From a virus, in IMG/VR virus record IMGVR_UViG_3300022926_000006, positions 18,084 to 82,083 of that record: DNA of 64,000 nt. One strand, written 5' to 3'. Position numbers and translations under genes: made by a program. Shown piece by piece: positions 59,567 through 64,000 of this stretch (position 1 is the first letter of the stretch; every line of letters starts with the position of its first letter). The notes under the pieces are model-generated. The model was given only the letters and a program-made list of their open reading frames with translations. It was not told the origin of the DNA and ran no database searches.

Positions 59567-59601
59567 CTAGGACACAAATATTTTAACAAGGAGAATATAA
59601 A

Positions 59602-60009
59602 ATGCCAGAAGTACCTGTAGGCGAAAGCGATATTCAAGAATGGGATGGTGTTGGAGAAGACCCAAGTGGATTCAGTGAAGAAGAGCAACCACTAGTATGT
59701 CCAGAATGGTTAATGCCACAAGCATCGTATGCGGCACTTGAAGTCGATTTTCAAAACGAATATACTGACTTTATCGTAAGAGCAATATCAGCAGAACATC
59801 CTGAGATTACTGAGGGTAATGTAACAGTAGCAAAAGTAGAAGAGTGTATGCAAGCAGGTCGTCTAGCACATGACGATGTTATTGCATTCTTCAAAGATGA
59901 AGTTGCTATTGACGATACTCTGACTGTGGATCATTCAAATGCCGCCGCTGACTTCGCGGCAGAGAATATCGATTGGCAAGTTAGAATTACTGCCGCTTTG
60001 GCAGAATAA
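59602..60009 (+). CDS. Acidic hypothetical late protein
   Basis: 135 aa; AAGGAG RBS; own late promoter and downstream hairpin. Confidence 0.7.
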   Translation: MPEVPVGESDIQEWDGVGEDPSGFSEEEQPLVCPEWLMPQASYAALEVDFQNEYTDFIVRAISAEHPEITEGNVTVAKVEECMQAGRLAHDDVIAFFKDEVAIDDTLTVDHSNAAADFAAENIDWQVRITAALAE

Positions 60010-60015
60010 AACTAT

Positions 60016-60042
60016 GAGAGAGGAATTAACTTTCCTCTCTTC
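60016..60042 (+). terminator. Hairpin/possible terminator
   Basis: AGAGAGGAA-ttaact-TTCCTCTCT followed by pyrimidines. Confidence 0.5.
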
Positions 60043-60078
60043 TCTATCAAATTTTAATTATGTTGAAGTGGATACATT

Positions 60079-60771
60079 ATGCTAGTTGCAGTAGATGCAG
60101 AACAAATTCATAACATTCTAGGCGATACCTTCTCACAGAACTTTGTTCGTGAACTCAAATCATATACTGAAGTGTTCACAAGAAAGAATAGAGAACCACA
60201 ACTTGCAAAAGAAACATGGGAATACATCATAGCAGATAGTATTCCGGATGCCACATGGTGCGGCGCCGGAAATAACTTTGCAGACATTGAGACAGAAACT
60301 AGTCTCATAGACGTAAAAGGACTTAGCACACATTCATTTGAGAGAATGTCTAATGAAGCAAGTCTTCTACAAATTACATCTTCAGTTGCAGATGATGTTA
60401 TCACATCAATCACAGAAGCAACAACAATCACAGACGAAATCACAAAGAAGATTAATCAAACATTCATTGAGAAGATGAATAATAAACTATGGGTGAATGA
60501 AGCAAATCAACCACACAATAAGAAGTACTATTCATTGTGTGTATGTAGAGAACAAACAGTAGAGAATTCTTATGCAGTCGCATTGTTTCATCACACTAAG
60601 CACACAAACATCATAACATCTTTTCAGACTAGTCGTAATCCTGAACTGACGCTTATCGAAAGCAGTCACGGTAAAGTAAGTCTCAACATTTCAAAGCGCA
60701 GACTAGAACTGCGTGTCAATATATCTAATCTACTTAAAGATAATAAAGCAGTACGAGTTTCATATGAGTAG
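60079..60771 (+). CDS. Putative restriction-endonuclease-like PD-(D/E)xK protein
   Basis: 230 aa; E.WE helix, AD.........IDVK motif. Confidence 0.45.
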   Translation: MLVAVDAEQIHNILGDTFSQNFVRELKSYTEVFTRKNREPQLAKETWEYIIADSIPDATWCGAGNNFADIETETSLIDVKGLSTHSFERMSNEASLLQITSSVADDVITSITEATTITDEITKKINQTFIEKMNNKLWVNEANQPHNKKYYSLCVCREQTVENSYAVALFHHTKHTNIITSFQTSRNPELTLIESSHGKVSLNISKRRLELRVNISNLLKDNKAVRVSYE

Positions 60772-61120
60772 TAGCACTGCACTTGTATTAAGAGACAAAT
60801 CGAATATCGTTTCATACAGTCGAAAGTTTGTTCTTGTAGATGAAGAAACTCGCTTTGACACAAGAGAAGAAGTAAAGAAACATTTGCCAGAAATCTGCGG
60901 GCGTGTTCTAGCAAGAGCATGGATAGACAAAGAATTCTTTTCTTGTCTTGAGAAAGATGCGCTTCAGACTTTTAATGACTTGAATGTATACTTGCCAGAG
61001 AACATGAGTATTGAATTCAAGCAAGGTCGCACAAGAGCATCAATCATAATCTACGAACAGACAGGCAAACTCAAACTACGCACATGTTCACTAGAACTTA
61101 CAATGATGGCAAGACGATGA
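60764..61120 (+). CDS. Protein with nitrile-hydratase-leader (NHLP)-like helical motif
   Basis: Likely start 60764; GRVLARAWIDKEF...L..D....F....V.LPE...I.F. Confidence 0.5.
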   Translation: MSSSTALVLRDKSNIVSYSRKFVLVDEETRFDTREEVKKHLPEICGRVLARAWIDKEFFSCLEKDALQTFNDLNVYLPENMSIEFKQGRTRASIIIYEQTGKLKLRTCSLELTMMARR

Positions 61121-61751
61121 GTAAAAGCACAGAAAACTATATCGCTCTGATGAGACATGTAGATGAGAACGGACAGATAGAATTCTTCTATGCTAATCAA
61201 GACTTCTTTCAGTTATCGCCAATGTTCAAAACGCAGACAGAAGCAAGAGCATGGTACTCTGACATGATGAAAGATAATCCGTATGTATAGACAATTCATC
61301 ACAGACAGTCTATCGCTCAAATACACTGGTCTTGCAAAAGTAAAGATGTGTGCTATAGCAAAGAGATTTACATACAACAGAACATATGCTTTCACAGTGT
61401 ATCATATTGTATGTAATGAATGTTCATCGTTTTATGATACTGCACATATAGAAGATGTAATGCAGTGTAAGCATTGCGAGAACACAGTAAACAAAAAAGA
61501 TATTCATATAGTGAATTAACAACGACAGTGAGAAGAGGTTTATATTGAAAAGAAAAGAACCTACTGCTGAACAGATAGCAGAAGCAAATCGTAAGCATGA
61601 TGCACAGTTCAATTCAAATGATAGAGTGTACAGTAAAGCAGTGAATAACAGTGTATACTCTACTGCAGATACACCAGCAGAAGCAGGTCGTCCTATGAGA
61701 GCGCATCTAGGAATGACAACAAAACCTACAGGTAAAGACAGACTGTTTTAG
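61117..61751 (+). other. Three small ORFs (about 61117..61290; 61283..61519 with CxxC...CxxC zinc ribbon; 61545..61751)
   Basis: ORF track; coupled starts; CNEC...CKHC in the second. Confidence 0.5.
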
Positions 61752-61955
61752 TGCCGACTTGAGAAACGTGAATTTTTTGTCCGGAAAAATTTTTGGATTC
61801 CTTAAACCCCCTATAGTGCTTTCAGTTTTTAGACAGTGGACTTCAGTGGACGTTTGCCGTACTCAGAAAACACGAAATTGAACTCCGCGCTTAATGCCGC
61901 ACTAAAGGGGTCGGACATCACAAAAATATTACATAGGGTGGGGGGTCTAGTCTAT

Positions 61956-62047
61956 AGTATAGCACAGTGAGTAACAGTTGTCAACAGTTATTTTTCAGTG
62001 GCGTGCAGTTAAAGTTTCAGTATAGCACATATGGCAACTGTTGTCAA
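61956..62047 (-). promoter_or_regulatory. Two tandem sigma70 promoters pointing into a non-coding region
   Basis: TTGACA-17-TATACT at 61984-61956 and 62047-62019, both with extended TG. Confidence 0.8.
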
Positions 62048-62056
62048 GTAAAAAAT

Positions 62057-62109
62057 AAAAAAAAGCGACACCCTACAACCCTTTGTCAGTAAGGGTTACA
62101 GGGCATCGC
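62057..62109 (-). terminator. Long intrinsic terminator
   Basis: 19-bp stem GCGAUGCCCUGUAACCCUU/AAGGGUUGUAGGGUGUCGC with G-U pairs that work only on the - strand, followed by U8. Confidence 0.8.
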
Positions 62110-62153
62110 CGAGACAACGTAGGGAGAAAGGGAGAGAAAAACCCTACTAGTCT

Positions 62154-62402
62154 CTAACTTGCAGTCGCGTCTACTCGTTCTACGCCACACAGTTTGTAAC
62201 CGGTGACCTTGCGACCGTCTTTGAGTGGGATCACACCATAGGGTGTCTTTGTTTTAATTTCCCACATATACGTTGAGATGCGGTACATGTTCACGCCTGC
62301 TATCTCACACTGTTGTTTGAACTCATCTATAGTAGCAGTATAGTTATCTGCTTCTTTCAGTACGTTCAGTACTTTTTCATATTGACCCATTGCTTTTGCC
62401 AT
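62154..62402 (-). CDS. Hypothetical protein (possible winged-helix DNA binder)
   Basis: 82 aa; YRISTY.W.I.......I...KDGRKV.GY.L. Confidence 0.65.
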   Translation of the reverse strand: MAKAMGQYEKVLNVLKEADNYTATIDEFKQQCEIAGVNMYRISTYMWEIKTKTPYGVIPLKDGRKVTGYKLCGVERVDATAS

Positions 62403-62405
62403 TAT

Positions 62406-62588
62406 CTACTCCTTATCATATGTAACGAATGCTACACCAATCATTGCGAAACCTGCTAATGCGAACAGTAGTACTTCAGTGATTGACAGTGCGTTCTCCA
62501 TACACTTGCCATCACAGTCGCTACCTACAGCGCCTAGTACTAATAGAAGTCCGGTGATGCCTAATGCACCCGCGATTATATTACGCAT
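62406..62588 (-). CDS. Small membrane protein
   Basis: 60 aa; 2 TM flanking GSDCDGKCME. Confidence 0.65.
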   Translation of the reverse strand: MRNIIAGALGITGLLLVLGAVGSDCDGKCMENALSITEVLLFALAGFAMIGVAFVTYDKE

Positions 62589-62721
62589 ACTGACGTACCT
62601 CTACTAAGTTGATTGCGTTAACACCAAATGTGCCGTCTGCGAGAATAGCATCACACTGCTCTTCTGTCAGCGCGGTAACTATCTGCGTTTCACCATTCAA
62701 TTTAAATTCAATCTCAAACAT
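62581..62721 (-). CDS. Small early ORF (46 aa), missing from ORF track
   Basis: MFEIEFKLNGETQIVTALTEEQCDAILADGTFGVNAINLVEVRQYA; directly downstream of promoter 62753-62781. Confidence 0.55.
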   Translation of the reverse strand: MFEIEFKLNGETQIVTALTEEQCDAILADGTFGVNAINLVEVRQYA

Positions 62722-62752
62722 ATTCACTCACTTTCATTATCATTATATACAC

Positions 62753-62781
62753 AGTATATCACAGTCTTATACAGATGTCAA
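62753..62781 (-). promoter_or_regulatory. Sigma70 early promoter
   Basis: TTGACA-17-TATACT. Confidence 0.78.
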
Positions 62782-62789
62782 GCACTATT

Positions 62790-62999
62790 TTACACTTTTG
62801 CCGCCCAATACTCATTAAAGCATTCAGTAGCAACATCATTGATAATCTTACCATCGATGTATTCAGGTAACATTTCATCAAGTTTTTCAACTAGTTCAGT
62901 GACATGCTCACACTCAGCAACAAGCGCATCAGTAATAACATCGAATACGTCTTGCTCCATAGCGAGAGTTCTGATTGGTTTAGTCATATCGTAATTCAT
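62790..62999 (-). CDS. Small acidic hypothetical protein
   Basis: 69 aa; AAGGA RBS; preceded by structured leader. Confidence 0.65.
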   Translation of the reverse strand: MNYDMTKPIRTLAMEQDVFDVITDALVAECEHVTELVEKLDEMLPEYIDGKIINDVATECFNEYWAAKV

Positions 63000-63020
63000 A
63001 ATATATTCCTTTTAAAGTTC

Positions 63021-63106
63021 ATAGAGACTTGCAGTTCAATCTAGTATCGCGCCAGTTCTCCCTTAGGGACATGCAGTTAATCTAGCGATACGCCAGTAGT
63101 CTCTAT
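63021..63106 (-). ncRNA. Pseudo-symmetric structured 5' leader RNA (possibly wcaG-motif-like)
   Basis: 9-bp closing stem, two ACUGGCG...CUAGAUU(G)AACUGCA repeats with complementary loops, central UCCC/GGGA hairpin. Confidence 0.65.
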
Positions 63107-63121
63107 CTCGACTATGTTTAT

Positions 63122-63150
63122 AGTATAGCAAAGACAATGGCAATTGTCAA
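63122..63150 (-). promoter_or_regulatory. Sigma70 early promoter
   Basis: TTGACA-17-TATACT; predicted start site about 63115. Confidence 0.8.
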
Positions 63151-63431
63151 GCATTATTTTCACTTTTTTTCACTTTTTTTTAAAATAGTTGGTAACTGTT
63201 GCATTTTTGCAACACACACAGAGAAAGTACTTGACGGCGGTCCGCTTGTATGCTAGAGCAACTTTTCACCCAACAATATTTTAATTATAATTTATTATCG
63301 TTTATTCGCCCTTTTCGATAGTCACTGTATACATAAACATACACAAAACTACACGAAACTTACCGATATTCACATGATATTTCACAAACATTCATACTAT
63401 TCTATTCTATGTGAACTGTTGTGTATTCGTA

Positions 63432-63935
63432 TTATACCTTCTCTTTTGTAAGGATATTCACTGTTACTCTTCTATCTGTGTATGGTGAACTTGCTGAATG
63501 AAGCATTGCGCTATTGAATACTATACAACTATTCTCTACTGGTTCGACTTTACCATTCGGCATGAAATTTGTAGCACCTGTTGTCGTATGAGGATAATAT
63601 AGAATGCTTATAAAATTTGTTTCATGTACATCATCTCTATGTAACGGATGTTCTTTGTGTGGTGGCAGAAGACAATTGACTTTCATATGACAGATTTCTT
63701 TCAACTGCTTATTTTCTGCTTCGTATATATCATTCACTAGTTTTTCGAATACAGAATAAAGATACTCGTTCAATATACCATGCTGAGGATGATATATGTG
63801 ATGTTCGAACTGTTGTGGATGTGTTCCGTCTGCGTTACCTGCTTGATAATGCCATGTGAATTTATCACTTAGAATATAGTCTCTCACTTGCTCATGATTG
63901 TCTATTACATTATCATATTGTGTTACATTTATCAT
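63432..63935 (-). CDS. 2OG-Fe(II) oxygenase-like protein
   Basis: H.D, SILYY....G.T.F, N...VF.....H.., R...NI. Confidence 0.8.
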   Translation of the reverse strand: MINVTQYDNVIDNHEQVRDYILSDKFTWHYQAGNADGTHPQQFEHHIYHPQHGILNEYLYSVFEKLVNDIYEAENKQLKEICHMKVNCLLPPHKEHPLHRDDVHETNFISILYYPHTTTGATNFMPNGKVEPVENSCIVFNSAMLHSASSPYTDRRVTVNILTKEKV

Positions 63936-64000
63936 GCTATTCTCTTCTATTTAACTAGTTAAACAGTATGTGAATAAGACCGATATAAGGCAATGTTACG

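Noticed and set aside
61829-61918. 29-codon - strand ORF in the convergence zone
   Set aside because: No RBS and atypical codon usage; treated as non-coding
1-64000. Stop-codon reassignment or suppressor tRNA
   Set aside because: Core genes are full length in code 11, all three stops are used, and the tRNA anticodons are all sense (TAA here is Leu)

Overview
64-kb segment of a lytic T4-like (Tevenvirinae-style, marine-type) myovirus genome. The host is probably an alphaproteobacterium, inferred from a circularly permuted two-piece tmRNA with tag ANDNIAYEDIRLAA. 0.1-33 kb: late virion module with tail-fibre/accessory proteins, a 2198-aa VrlC/DUF4815-like protein, baseplate gp8/7/6/25/PAAR/5/hub/53/48, then gp4, gp2, gp54, gp26/gp51 and a tape-measure-like gene, under TATAAATA late promoters. 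33-37 kb: uncharacterised secreted/membrane module and a Fis-like HTH. 37-50.7 kb: gp32, gp59, gp33, SleB hydrolase, tmRNA, exonuclease, GH108 endolysin, PhoH, DenV-like glycosylase, ribosomal protein bS21, P-loop kinase and ThyX. 50.7-64 kb: early region of small ORFs with repeated sigma70 promoters and 4 tRNAs, converging on a non-coding zone at about 61.75-62.1 kb. Seven 2OG-Fe(II) oxygenases are spread across 38.9-63.9 kb. Best leads: (1) a U-UUU-UUA -1 slippery site that would fuse gp26 to a start-less gp51 just upstream of the tape measure, like lambda G/GT; (2) an RBS-bearing ORF inside the tmRNA intervening segment that would become a non-stop mRNA after processing; (3) a two-fold pseudo-symmetric kissing-loop RNA in an early 5' UTR; (4) an apparently leaderless bS21 mRNA. 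All family calls come from motif recognition by eye; no database searches were run.
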